In this document: one piece after another, positions 38,851 through 49,648 of the stretch
Layout of the letters: every line of letters starts with the position of its first letter
How positions within the stretch are numbered: the first letter of the stretch is position 1
NCBI GenBank assembly: GCA_963750165.1
Contig: CAVVPN010000004.1
Span: forward strand, 896,001 to 960,000
Length of the DNA stretch: 64,000 nucleotides
From: an uncultured Gemmataceae bacterium
GTDB lineage: Bacteria; Planctomycetota; Planctomycetia; Gemmatales; Gemmataceae
Direction: 5' to 3'
Notes under the pieces: model-generated
Told to the model about the DNA's origin: nothing
The model's database searches: none
Seen by the model: only the letters and a program-made list of their open reading frames with translations
Program-made: the position numbers and the translations under genes

Positions 38851-40508
38851 ATGTCCACCCAACCGACGGATTTCAGCGACCGCCCCTTGCCGCCTGTCAG
38901 CGCCCCGGACCTGCCCAGCGACCGCCCTGACCCCGACCTCCGGCGCCGGCCGCGCTGGTGGCGGCCCCTGGTGTTTCTGCTTGGTGGGGCCGCCGGCGTC
39001 GCCGCTGTGCTGGCGGTGCCGCTCGGCGACATGGAAGCGGTCATCCGCACGATGGCAATGTACGCCGTGATCAGCCTGACGCTGCTTTGCGTGCTGGTCT
39101 GGCTGCTGGCGGTGCCGGCCACGCGCTGGCTGACGGTCCTGTTCCTGGTCCTGATCGTGGGCGGGGTTGCCGTGGCTTTGCATGAGGAATGGATCGCCGT
39201 TCGCTTCAACGGCGACATGCGGATGCGGATAAGCTTCTGGTGGCAGAAGCCGTCGCGCCCGAGCAGCGACGTGACCGGATTGCCGCCGATCGACGTGAGC
39301 AACCCCAGCCCGCAGGACAGCCCCGAATACCGCGGCTGGCACCGCGACGGCGTGGTGATCGGCCCGGAACTGACCCGCGACTGGACGGCACAGCCGCCCC
39401 GGCTGCTGTGGCGCCACGGGCTGATCCCGGAGGGCGAGAAGACGAAGACGGGTCACTCGTCGTTCGCGGTCGTGGGCAACGTGGCGGTGACGCTGGAACA
39501 GCACGGCGCCAGGGAGGCGGTCGTCTGTTACGACACCGCGACGGGCCGGCAGCGCTGGGCGCACCTTTACGACGCCCGCTTTTCCGAGGCGATGGGCGGC
39601 CCCGGGCCGCGCTCCACCCCAACCATCGTCGGCGAGGACGTGTACGCCCTGGGCGCCACCGGCCTGCTGCACTGCCTGGACGTCAAGACCGGCGAGGTGA
39701 AATGGCAGGCGAACGTTCTCGCAGGCAACGCTAATGTGATGTGGGGTCTGAGTGGTTCGCCGCTGGTCTACAAGAACCTGGTGCTGGTCAACCCGGGCAT
39801 GCAGACCGAGGTGAAGGGGCACGGCACCCTGGCGGCCTACGACCGGACGACCGGCAAACTCCTCTGGAGCACGGCACGGCCCAGGCGGGCTACAGTTCAC
39901 CGATGCTGGCGAAACTCGATGGCCGTGAGCAGATTGTTCTGCTCGACGGCGACGGCATCGCGGGCTATGACCCGGAGAATCAGGGCAAGGAACTGTGGCG
40001 CTACCCGTGGGAGGTCAACCAGCACATCAACGCGGCCCAGCCGCTGCTGCTCGGCGACGATCGCATCCTGATCTCGTCGGGATACGGCGTCGGCGCAAAC
40101 GTGCTGCAGGTGAAGCGCGACGGCGACCAGTGGACGGCCAGGGCGCTCTGGCGGAAGAACAGCCGAGCGCTGCGCTGCAAGTTCACCAGTCCGGTGCTGT
40201 GGGGCGGGTACGTCTACGGCCTGGACGACGGCACGCTGGCGTGCATCGACCCGCAGACGGGCGAGCGACGCTGGCGCGAGAAGCGCTACGGCCACGGCCA
40301 GGTGCTGGTGACCAACGGCACGCTGCTGGTGCTGGGCGAGGAGGGCGAACTGGCTCTGGTGGCGGCGACGCCGGAGGAGTTCCGCGAGCTGGGCCGCATT
40401 GAGGAGGCGCTGTCCGGGCGCACCTGGAACGTGCCGGTTCTGGTGAACGGCCGGGCCTACGTCCGCAACGACGAGGAGATGGCCTGTTACGATTTGACCG
40501 GGCGCTAG
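38851..40508 (+). CDS. Membrane-anchored PQQ-like beta-propeller protein (frameshift near 39873)
   Basis: N-terminal TMs; PEYRG..RDG, GPRSTP, GYSSP, RNDEEMACYDL; one extra G restores WSTGTAQAGYSS. Confidence 0.85.
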
Positions 40509-40516
40509 GCAGGCGG

Positions 40517-40549
40517 CCGCGCACGCAGCGCCGAGCTGCGTGCGCGGCT
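40517..40549 (+). terminator. GC-rich hairpin
   Basis: GCCGCGCACGCAGC-GCCGA-GCTGCGTGCGCGGC after the stop codon; no U-tract. Confidence 0.5.
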
Positions 40550-40595
40550 CGGAGAGCATAACCAACCTTGTCCGCCTGCTTTGACGAGGCACTGC

Positions 40596-42892
40596 ATGTC
40601 GGTGCGCGACGAGTTTGAAAAAGCGGCGGAGCGGCAGCGCCTGGCCGAGCTGTCGGTCGAGCGCTATCGTCTGCTGTCGCAGCACGCCCGGGACATCGTG
40701 CTGTTCGTCCGCACCGACGGCCGCATCATCGAGGCCAGCGACTCCGCCGTGGCTGCTTACGGCTACGACCGCGCCACGCTGCTGACGATGACCATCTTCG
40801 AGTTGCGCGCCCTGGAAGGGCGGACGACATCCCGGCGCAGATGTTCCAGGCCGACAACACCGGCATCACCTTCGAGACGGTCCACCGCCGCCGCGACGGC
40901 AGCACCTTCCCCGTGGAGGTCAGCTCGCGCGGGGCCGACATCGCGGGCGAGCGGTTGCTGTTGAGCATCATCCGCGACACCACCGAGCGCGAGCGCACCG
41001 CGGCGGCGCTGCGCGAGAGCGAGGCCCGTTACCGTGACCTGTTCGAGAACGCCAACGACATCATCTACACCCTCGATCTGGAGGGCCGCATCACCTCGTT
41101 CAACAAGCGGGCGGAGCAGGCGTTCGGCTACACGCTGGCGGAGTGCCTGGGCCGCAACGCCGCAGAGCTGGTGCCGCCCGAGCACCACGACCGCATGCGC
41201 GAGGCCCTGCGCCAGAAGCTGACCGGCGCGGCGACGCCAACGGTGTATCCGCTGGAGATTGTCTGCAAGGACGGCCGCCGCCTGCCGCTGGAGGTGAACA
41301 GCCGGCTGATCGTGCGCGACGGCCAGCCGGTCGGCATCCAGGGCATCGCCCGCGACATCAGCGAGCGGCTGCGGGCCGAGCACGCGCTGCGCGAGAGCGA
41401 GGAGCGGCTGCGGCTGGCGCTCGACGCGGGCCGCTGCGGCGTCTGGGACTGGGATATGGCGAGCGACCGCGTGACCTGGTCGGAGCACATCTTCGAGTTC
41501 CACGGCCTGACGCCGGAGCACTTCCGCGGCCGGGTGGAGGACGTGATGGCTCAGATTCACCCCGAGGACGTGGCGGGCGTGGTGGCAGCCACCCGGCGGG
41601 CGGTCGAGGAGCGGCAGCCGTTCAGCCAGGAGTTCCGCATTGTTCGGCCGACCGGTGAGGTGCGCTGGATCGCCACGCACGGCCGCGTCCTGTACGACGC
41701 CGGCCGGCCGGTGCGCATGCTGGGCGCCACCATCGACGTGACCGAGCGCCGCGCCATCGAGGAGGCGCTGCGCCAGGCGGATCGGCGCAAGGACGAGTTC
41801 CTGGCGATGCTGGCCCACGAGCTGCGCAACCCGCTGGCGCCCATCCGCAACGCGGTCCAGGTGCTGCGGCAACACGGAACGCCGGGGCCTGAGGCGGAGT
41901 TGGTGCGCGACATCATCGACCGTCAGGTGGCGCACCTGGCCCGGCTGGTGGATGACCTGCTGGACGTGTCGCGCATCTCGCGCGGCAAGATTTTGCTGCG
42001 GCAGGAGCGGCTGGATCTGGTGCCGCTGGTGCGCACCGCCGTCGAGGACCACCGCGCCATGCTGGAAGCCGCGGGGCTGACACTGACCGCGGAGCTGCCG
42101 GAGCGGCCGCTGTGGCTGGCCGGCGACCCGACGCGGCTGGCGCAGGTGGTCGGCAACCTGCTGCACAACACGCGCAAGTTCACGGACCCAGGCGGCCGGG
42201 TGACCGTGCGGCTGACCGCGGCCGACAGCAGGGCGGAGCTAACGGTGTGCGACACGGGCATCGGCATGGACGCGGACATGCTGAGCCGGTTGTTCGAGCC
42301 GTTCAGCCAGGCGGATCGCAGCCTGCACCGGGTGCGCGGCGGCCTCGGTCTGGGGCTGGCGCTGGTCAAGGGGCTGGTGGAGATGCACGGCGGCACCGTG
42401 CGGGCGAGCAGCCGCGGCCCGGGCCAGGGTTCGGAGTTCACCGTCACGCTGCCGCTGAGTCAGGCCCCGCCGCGGCCGGAGGGGGAGAGCGCGGGACGGC
42501 CTGCCCACGGTCAGGCGCTGCAGGTGCTCATCGTCGAGGACAACGTGGACGCCGCGGAGAGTCTGCGGCGGTTGCTACGGCTGTCCGGGCATCAGGTGGA
42601 GGTGGCGCACACGGGCGCGGCGGGCGTGGAGATGGCCCGGCGGCTGCGGCCGGACGTGGTGCTGTGTGACATCGGCCTGCCGGGCGGCCTGGACGGCTAC
42701 GCGGTGGCGCAGGCGCTGCGGGCGGACCCGGAGCAGGCGCCGGCCACGCTGCTCGCGCTGTCGGGCTACGGCCAGGAGGAGGACCAGCGCAAGGCGCTGG
42801 AGGCCGGCTTCGACCGCCACCTGACCAAGCCCGTCGATCCGCGGGCGCTGGTGCAACTGCTCAGCACACTGCCGCCGCGGCCACAGCGGTAG
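40596..42892 (+). CDS. Hybrid sensor kinase, 3 PAS + HisKA/HATPase + receiver (frameshift near 40823)
   Basis: LAHELRNPLAP, GGLGLGL, VEDNVD, DIGLPG, KP; one extra G restores EGRDDIPAQM. Confidence 0.9.
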
Positions 42893-42917
42893 GGGACGGC
42901 AAGGTGCGAAGACAAGA

Positions 42918-43637
42918 TCACGTTTTGCCGAGGAGCAGATCGACGACCCAGCAGCCGCGGACGTGTGGGCCGGGGCCGCGTAGGTGGTCGAGGATGGCGG
43001 CGTCTGTGCAACCTACCTCTTCCAGCGCGTCGGCGAGAATCGGCAGGCGGTCGAAGGCACGCTCCTCATAAATCGTGTCGGCGAATTGGGCGATTGTGTG
43101 CCTGCACCAGTCGGGGTCGAATGAGGACGGACGGATGCGGTCGCCGAAAATGTCCCGAACCAGTTCGCAATGCGCCAGATTCTCTGCGATCCGTGCCGCG
43201 TCGGAGCGCTCATGCCAATCGGGCCATACCGATGGCTCTGCAAGACTGGCGGCAAAGGAAGCCGCAATCACCACCTCCCCGGACGTGGTTTTCGCCGCGT
43301 ACCGTGCGGACTTGTCATTGACCACCAGTACGGCGTGGTAGGTCTTGTGTTCAGCCGAATTCCACTTTCGCGCTCCCGTTTTTTCCGCCCGCCGCTGGTC
43401 CTTGGCTGACTGTTTGGCCAATTCTCTGATACTCACCACGGTTCCCCAATCCGTTTGTCCGTCCGCGAAGCGCTCCACAGCAACGACGGCCTCCTGGAAG
43501 CTTGGGTGCGGGAACAGATGCCAGATCCGCCGACAACAGGCGACCGCGAAGAGACGCAGCTTGCGGTCACTCACTCGACGTAATTTCCCCAGCATTTCTC
43601 TGGGGTGTTTACACGCCGACCAGTCTGTCGCATTCAT
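42918..43637 (-). CDS. Gemmataceae expanded-family hypothetical protein
   Basis: DW..C..P..ML...SDRKLRLFAVACCRR N-terminus; DRLPILADALEEVGC...HLRGPGPHVRGCWVVDLLLGK C-terminus. Confidence 0.8.
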   Translation of the reverse strand: MNATDWSACKHPREMLGKLRRVSDRKLRLFAVACCRRIWHLFPHPSFQEAVVAVERFADGQTDWGTVVSIRELAKQSAKDQRRAEKTGARKWNSAEHKTYHAVLVVNDKSARYAAKTTSGEVVIAASFAASLAEPSVWPDWHERSDAARIAENLAHCELVRDIFGDRIRPSSFDPDWCRHTIAQFADTIYEERAFDRLPILADALEEVGCTDAAILDHLRGPGPHVRGCWVVDLLLGKT

Positions 43638-43709
43638 GGATCTTTCCTCAAGCACCTCACGATCATGTCCTGTCCAGCATGGAGAGGTGTTCCGCGAAAG
43701 TCAACCAGC

Positions 43710-43722
43710 GCAAGAATCGGAT
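43710..43722 (+). promoter_or_regulatory. Possible Ada-binding site
   Basis: GCAAGAATCGGAT about 70 bp upstream of ada; contains the GCAA box. Confidence 0.3.
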
Positions 43723-43793
43723 AGAACCACCCCGCCGCGCCGCGGTATCCTGCCCTCGACGGCTGACCGCAGGCTCCCGACTCGGAGGCAACG

Positions 43794-44852
43794 ATGCGTG
43801 TGCTCGACGAGGACACTTGCTGGCAAGCGGTGCTGGCCCGCGACGCGGCCGCCGATGGCCGCTTCGTCTACGCCGTCCGCTCCACCGGCGTCTTCTGCCG
43901 GCCGTCGTGCCCGGCGCCGCGGCCGCGCCGCCCCGGCGTCACCTTCTTCCCGGTGCCCGAGGCCGCCGCCCAGGCCGGCTTCCGCCCCTGTCGCCGCTGT
44001 CGGCCGCACGAGTTCGCCGCGGCGCCGCCGCAGGTCGAGCTGGTCCGCCGCGTCTGCCGCCACATCGAGGCCCATCTGGAAACGACGCTGACGCTGGCGG
44101 CGCTCGGCGACGAACTGCGGCTCAGCCCGGCCCATTTGCAACGCACCTTCAAGCGCGTCACCGGCGTGACGCCGCGGCAGTACGCGGACGCCTGCCGCCT
44201 CAACCGACTCAAGTCCGGCCTGAAAACGCAAAGGACAGTGACCATGGCAATGTTTGAAGCGGGCTACGGCTCCAGCAGCCGGCTGTACGAGCGGGCCGCC
44301 GGTCAGCTCGGCATGACGCCGGCAACCTACCGCCGCGGCGGTCGCGGCGTGCGCATCGGCTACACCATCGTGGACAGTCCGCTCGGCCGGCTGCTGCTGG
44401 CGGCCACCGAGCGCGGCGTCTGTGCCGTCTGCCTCGATGACGACGACGCCTTCTTGCAGGAGGTACTGCGCGAGGAGTTCCCCGAGGCGGACATCGCCCA
44501 CGACGACGCGGCGCTGCGGCCGTGGGTGACGGAACTGCTGGCGCACCTGGAGGGTCAGCGGCCGCACTTGCAACTGCCGCTGGACGTGCAGGCGACCGCG
44601 TTTCAGTGGCGGGTGTGGCAGGAATTGTGCAAAATCCCCGCCGGCAGCACGCGGACCTACACGGAGGTGGCGGCGGCACTGGGTCAGCCGACGGCGGCGC
44701 GGGCGGTGGCGCGGGCGTGCGCCACCAACCCGGTAGCGCTGATCGTGCCGTGTCACCGCGTCATCCGCGAGGACGGCGACCTGGCCGGCTACCGCTGGGG
44801 CCTCGAACGCAAACGACAACTGCTCGACGCGGAAAAACAGAAATTGGATTAG
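43794..44852 (+). CDS. ada: Bifunctional transcriptional regulator / O6-methylguanine-DNA methyltransferase
   Basis: TGVFCRPSC...GFRPCRRC zinc site, AraC HTH, VPCHRV active site. Confidence 0.96.
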   Translation: MRVLDEDTCWQAVLARDAAADGRFVYAVRSTGVFCRPSCPAPRPRRPGVTFFPVPEAAAQAGFRPCRRCRPHEFAAAPPQVELVRRVCRHIEAHLETTLTLAALGDELRLSPAHLQRTFKRVTGVTPRQYADACRLNRLKSGLKTQRTVTMAMFEAGYGSSSRLYERAAGQLGMTPATYRRGGRGVRIGYTIVDSPLGRLLLAATERGVCAVCLDDDDAFLQEVLREEFPEADIAHDDAALRPWVTELLAHLEGQRPHLQLPLDVQATAFQWRVWQELCKIPAGSTRTYTEVAAALGQPTAARAVARACATNPVALIVPCHRVIREDGDLAGYRWGLERKRQLLDAEKQKLD

Positions 44853-44975
44853 CCACAGAGGACACAGAGAGCACAGAGAGAGGAAGAGAGGAAATTGGAA
44901 AATAGAAGACCATTCAATTGTTGATTCGATCTCTCTGTTCTTCTCTCTGTGTCCTCTGTGTCCTCTGTGGCTAAT
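44848..44975. repeat. ATTAGCCACAGAG-family long inverted repeat
   Basis: ATTAGCCACAGAGGACACAGAG ... CTCTGTGTCCTCTGTGGCTAAT; related to 55195-55302. Confidence 0.88.
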
Positions 44976-44979
44976 GCTT

Positions 44980-45783
44980 TCACTCTCCTTGCTTCGATGC
45001 CTGAAACATCCAGTACAGGAGCGCTTTAATCTCAAACGGCTTGAGGCTGGGCCGCAGCGACAGCAGACGGCAGGCGATGCCAGCCAGGTGCGGCGCCGCC
45101 CAGCTGGTGGCCGGCTCGCTGGCGAACGGCCCCAGATAACCGCGGCCGTGCGCCTGAAACTCGATCTGGTCGCGCAACTGGTACGCGAAACGCAGCGGAT
45201 CGTCGAACAGGTTCTTGTCCACCGACAGCAACGGCAGCGAGAACAGGGCGGGATAGCTGCGCGTCAGCGGGTGCTCGTTGTGGGCCGCGGCGCAGATGAG
45301 CACGTCCTTGAAGTAGCACTCCTCAATGGCCCGCAGGAACTGATAGCGGCGCGGCAACTGCTGCAAGCGGTGCTCGGTCACGCCCAGCGACAGGTTGATG
45401 ACCTTGCATTGCCAGACATCGATGGCCCAGCGCAGCGCCTTCATGACGACTTCCACCTCGCAACTGCCCTGCGGCCCGAACACGTCCGCCGAGAACAGCT
45501 GCACACGCGGCGCGATGGTCAACAGGATGTCGGCGACGGTGGTGCCGTGCGGCGTGGACTGCTCGCCCTCGTAGGGCAGTGGCTCGGCCCCGGTCGCGGT
45601 GAAGATGCCGCCCTGGATGGGGTGGAGGGCGTGGCCCTGCTGGCGGAATTTCTCTTCCAGCAGGGCGCGCTCGACGCCGCTGTCGATGACGCAGACGCGC
45701 ACCCCCTCGCCGGTGGCGCGCGGGTCGTGCAACAGCCGCTCCGGCGTCAGCAGGTGTAACAGTTCCTCGAACACGTCGGGCAT
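44980..45783 (-). CDS. Minimal S8 (subtilisin-like) serine peptidase
   Basis: VCVIDSG, HGTTVA, INLSLG, AAAHN, ATSWAAP; no signal peptide or propeptide. Confidence 0.88.
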   Translation of the reverse strand: MPDVFEELLHLLTPERLLHDPRATGEGVRVCVIDSGVERALLEEKFRQQGHALHPIQGGIFTATGAEPLPYEGEQSTPHGTTVADILLTIAPRVQLFSADVFGPQGSCEVEVVMKALRWAIDVWQCKVINLSLGVTEHRLQQLPRRYQFLRAIEECYFKDVLICAAAHNEHPLTRSYPALFSLPLLSVDKNLFDDPLRFAYQLRDQIEFQAHGRGYLGPFASEPATSWAAPHLAGIACRLLSLRPSLKPFEIKALLYWMFQASKQGE

Positions 45784-45833
45784 AGCGCTCCCCGCCAAGA
45801 GCTGCGGACAAAACTGCTTGCCCGTCTCGGGCC

Positions 45834-45888
45834 GTGGCCGCAAACTTTAGTTTGCGTTCGGCTTACGCAGGCTAAAGCCTGCGGCTAC
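45834..45888. repeat. REP doublet (GTRG class)
   Basis: GTGGCCGCAAACTTTAGTTTGCG and reverse complement of GTAGCCGCAGGCTTTAGCCTGCG; compensatory stem changes. Confidence 0.85.
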
Positions 45889-46094
45889 AGAGAGTTTGGT
45901 CCGCCAGTTCAAAGCCGCAAGCGGCAGAAAGACAGGCTCGGACTAGAGTTTGACACTTTCAGTGGACAAGCGAAGTAGCAAGAGCAGGCCGGGCTGGAGG
46001 TTTGGTAGGATCGCGGCAGTCACGCACACGGTCGTACCAACGCCAGGAGGGCCTGCTCCTGGATCAGCTTACTCCCAGCCGCGCCGCCCTGCTA

Positions 46095-46876
46095 GTGCCC
46101 TGTCCAGGCTGAATTTTCGGGTTGCCAAAACCGTCGATTTTGGGGAACCTCCACGTCAACCAGGAGGTTTCCCATGAACAAGAAGTATATCGTGCGGCTC
46201 ACGGACGAGGAACGGGCGATTTGCGAAGCGACCATCAAGGAGGAAAAGGGCAAGTCGGAGAAGCTGCGGCGGGCGACGATCTTGCTCAAGGCCGACGCCG
46301 ACGGGCCGGCTTGGGATGACGCCAAGATCAGCGCGGCCGTCGGTTGCCGGACGCGGACGGTCGAGAACGTGCGGCAAGCATTCGTCTGCGAAGGCTTTGA
46401 GAGGGCGCTGGTTCGCAAGAAGCCGGTGACGTCGCCAACGCCGAAGTTGCTCGACGGGGCGGCCGAAGCAAAATTGATCGCCCTGCGGTTGGGCAAACCA
46501 CCCGCCGGCTTCGGCCATTGGACGCTGCGACTGCTGGCCGAGCAAATGGTGGAACTGGAGATCGTGGAGTCGATCAGCCCGGAGACGGTCCGTCAGACGC
46601 TAAAAAAAACGGGATGACCAAGCGGAAAATCGAGTACTGGGTGATCCCCCCCGACGCCGACGGCGAGTTTGTCGCCAACATGGAGGAGCTGCTGGAGACA
46701 TACGAAAAAGCCTACGATCCTGCCAACCCAGTCGTGTGCATGGACGAGCAGCCGGTGCAACTGATCGGCGAGACGCGGGTGCCGATCCCGGCAACCGTCG
46801 ATTGGCAATTCACCATCGAAAAAGCGAGGGTCAAATTGAAGCGGCTCTACCCGAAAATGTAGTGTGGACGGGGCAG
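46095..46876 (+). mobile_element. IS630-family element, internally deleted
   Basis: TA duplication (46093-94, 46877-78); IRs GTGCCCTGTCCA / TGGACGGGGCAG. Confidence 0.88.
46174..46862 (+). pseudogene. IS630 transposase: orfA + -1 frameshift at A8 (46602-46609) + deleted orfB
   Basis: KKYIVRLTDEER...WTLRLLA...ETVRQTLKK; orfB VCMDE...RVPIPA joins directly to TVDWQFT...LKRLYP. Confidence 0.88.
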
Positions 46877-47139
46877 TAGGGAGTGTGAAGTTCACCACGA
46901 ATGAAGAGAGAATTTGTCATGGCGGCCGGACTGGCCAAACAGGGATTCCACCATACGGTTCGTTCTACTTGAGCGGAACGGCTATGCGTCGGCTATTACA
47001 AAGCCCACTATCAATTTCACCAGAGAGTTTACGGTCCTCGTTTGGCCCCGTCAATTGGTGATCGGGCCGCTCCTTTGTAGTCGCGGTGCCTGGGCGTCGA
47101 TATGACATCCCGCGGTTCCCCTTGTCGCTGGAGTCCGTC

Positions 47140-49638
47140 ATGCTCACGATTCGCTTGCACATCCTGACGTTCGCGCTGCTGGCCGCAGTTTTTCCGAACG
47201 ACTTGCAGGCCGCGCAACCGGCCGCCGACATCGTGCCGACCGCGGCCCTGGTCGTCCGCCCCGTCGGCACCTACGGCCGCAACGCTGTCCACCGCGACGC
47301 GGTCGAGGCGCTGATCGTCGCCGGCAAGTGGCGCACTCCGAAGGCGGCCGACGAAGTCAAAGGCCCCGGCGGCGTGCAGAAGTGGGAGGCGGTGAAGTTC
47401 GCCAAGGACGGCCGCCTGCAACACGCGGCCCTGCGCGGCGGCTACGCGCTGGTGACGATCCCGTCCGCCACCAAGCGCGTCGCGCTCCTGGAGGCCGCCG
47501 GGCACAACATGGTCTACGTCAACGGCGAGCCGCGCACCGGCGACCCCTATCAGACCGGCTATGTGCGGCTGCCGGTGCTGCTGAAGAAGGGCGACAACGA
47601 ACTGCTCTTTCACGTCGGCCGCGGCGCGTTGCGAGTGCGGTTCAAGCCAACGGCGAAGGAAGCCGAGTTGGAGCCGCGCGACGTGCTGCTGCCGGACTGG
47701 CACGTCGGCGTGCGGCAGGCGACGTGGGCGGCGATCATCGTCCGCAACAACAGTCCGCAGCCGCGCACCGACCTCGTGCTGGAGGCGGCGTGGGGCAAGG
47801 AACAGGCGGTGCAGACGCGGCTGGTGCAACCGCTGCCGCCGTTCAGTCAGCGCAAGGTCGGCTTCCTGCTGCCGCCCGCGCTGCCCGAAGAGGCAGGCGA
47901 AACGGAGGTGCGGATCGCCCTGCTGAGCAAGCTGGCCGACGCCCCGCCGAAGAACCTGGACGCCGTCACGGTCAAGGTGCGCGTCCGCAAGGACGAGCAG
48001 ACATATAAAGAGACGTTTATCAGCAACATTGACGGCAGCGTGCAGTATTACGCGGTCAACCCGGCGCGGCCGCTGCGCAAGGGTGGGGCGCGACCTGCGC
48101 TGTTCCTGTCGCTGCACGGTGCCAGCGTCGAGGCCATCGGTCAGGCGGAAGCCTACGGTGGCAAGACCTGGGGCCATGTGGTGGCGCCGACCAACCGCCG
48201 GCCCTACGGCTTCGACTGGGAGGACTGGGGCCGGCTCGACGCGCTGGAAGTGCTGGAGCTGGCGCAGAAGCAGCTGGGCACCGACCCGCAGCGGACGTAC
48301 CTGACCGGCCACTCGATGGGCGGCCACGGCACCTGGCACGTGGGCGCGACCTTCCCGGATCGCTTCGCCGCCATCGGCCCCAGCGCCGGTTGGGTCGCGT
48401 TCTGGACCTACGGGACGGGGCGGCCCGACGCGGACACGCCCATGAAGCAACTGCTGCAGCGCGGCAACAACGCCAGCGACACACTCGGCCTGGCCCGCAA
48501 CTTCGCCCAGCACGGTGTCTACGTGCTGCACGGCGACGCCGACAACAACGTGCCGGTCAGCCAGGCCCGGCTGATGAAAAAGACGCTCGCCGAGTTCCAC
48601 AAGAATTTCCAGTACCACGAGCAGCCGAAGGCCAGCCACTGGTGGGACGCCTCACCGGAGCCGGGCGCCGACTGCGTCGATTGGGCGCCGCTGTTCGATT
48701 TCTTCGCTCGCCAGATCATCCCCAGCAACGAAAGTCTGCGGCAGGTGCGCTTCACCACCGCCAACCCGGGCATCTCGGCGAAATCGTACTGGGTCAGCGT
48801 CCTGTGTCAGCAGCGGCACGGCGACTTCAGCACCGTGGACGTGCGCTTCGACCCGGGCCTGCGCCGCTTCGTCGGCACCACGGAAAACGTCACGCGACTG
48901 CTGCTGGACCTCGGCCATGTCCGGCCCGGCAAGCCGTTGACGGTCGAACTGGACGGCGTGAACATCGAGAAAATCGCCTGGCCGGGGGCGCCGCGGTTGT
49001 ACCTGGAGCGCAAGGGCAAACAGTGGCAGGTGACGGCGGCGCCGGCGAAGGCGCTGAAGGGGCCGCACCGCTACGGGCCGTTCCGCGACGCCTTCCGCAA
49101 CCGCATGGTGTTCGTTTACGGCTCGAAGGGTGCGCCGGCCGAAAACGACTGGGCGTTCGCCAAGGCCCGCCATGACGCCGAGACGTTCTGGTATCGTGGT
49201 AACGGCAGCGTGGACGTGCTCAGCGACGTGGAGTTTCTGAAAATCGCGGCGAAGGAACCGGATCGCAATGTCATCGTCTACGGCAACGCCGACACCAACG
49301 CCGCGTGGGGGCCGCTGCTGAAGGACAGCCCGGTGCAGGTGCGGAGCGGCGGCATCACCGTCGTCGGCAGACACGAGAACGGAGACGACGCGGCCTGTTT
49401 CTTCGTGCGGCCACGGCCCGGCAGTGACGTGGCCAGTGTCGGGGTGGTTTCCGGCACGAGCTTGATGGGCCGGCGCTTGACGGATCGCGTGCCGCTGTTC
49501 GTCTCGGGTGTCGGCATGCCGGACTTTTTGCTGCTGGGGCCGGAGATGCTGCACGAGGGCTACAGCGGCGTACGGGCGGCGGGCTACTTTGGCGATGACT
49601 GGTCGGTGGGGCGCGGCGAGTTTGTGTGGCGTGAGTGA
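47140..49638 (+). CDS. Secreted alpha/beta hydrolase (prolyl oligopeptidase-like)
   Basis: Signal peptide; LHGA, GHSMGG, HGDADNNVP, HWW. Confidence 0.87.
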   Translation: MLTIRLHILTFALLAAVFPNDLQAAQPAADIVPTAALVVRPVGTYGRNAVHRDAVEALIVAGKWRTPKAADEVKGPGGVQKWEAVKFAKDGRLQHAALRGGYALVTIPSATKRVALLEAAGHNMVYVNGEPRTGDPYQTGYVRLPVLLKKGDNELLFHVGRGALRVRFKPTAKEAELEPRDVLLPDWHVGVRQATWAAIIVRNNSPQPRTDLVLEAAWGKEQAVQTRLVQPLPPFSQRKVGFLLPPALPEEAGETEVRIALLSKLADAPPKNLDAVTVKVRVRKDEQTYKETFISNIDGSVQYYAVNPARPLRKGGARPALFLSLHGASVEAIGQAEAYGGKTWGHVVAPTNRRPYGFDWEDWGRLDALEVLELAQKQLGTDPQRTYLTGHSMGGHGTWHVGATFPDRFAAIGPSAGWVAFWTYGTGRPDADTPMKQLLQRGNNASDTLGLARNFAQHGVYVLHGDADNNVPVSQARLMKKTLAEFHKNFQYHEQPKASHWWDASPEPGADCVDWAPLFDFFARQIIPSNESLRQVRFTTANPGISAKSYWVSVLCQQRHGDFSTVDVRFDPGLRRFVGTTENVTRLLLDLGHVRPGKPLTVELDGVNIEKIAWPGAPRLYLERKGKQWQVTAAPAKALKGPHRYGPFRDAFRNRMVFVYGSKGAPAENDWAFAKARHDAETFWYRGNGSVDVLSDVEFLKIAAKEPDRNVIVYGNADTNAAWGPLLKDSPVQVRSGGITVVGRHENGDDAACFFVRPRPGSDVASVGVVSGTSLMGRRLTDRVPLFVSGVGMPDFLLLGPEMLHEGYSGVRAAGYFGDDWSVGRGEFVWRE

Positions 49639-49648
49639 GGGCTTGCGA

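Noticed and set aside
46879..47085. Low-GC stretch after IS630 as a gene or RNA
   Set aside because: No recognisable motif, start signal or stable structure by eye
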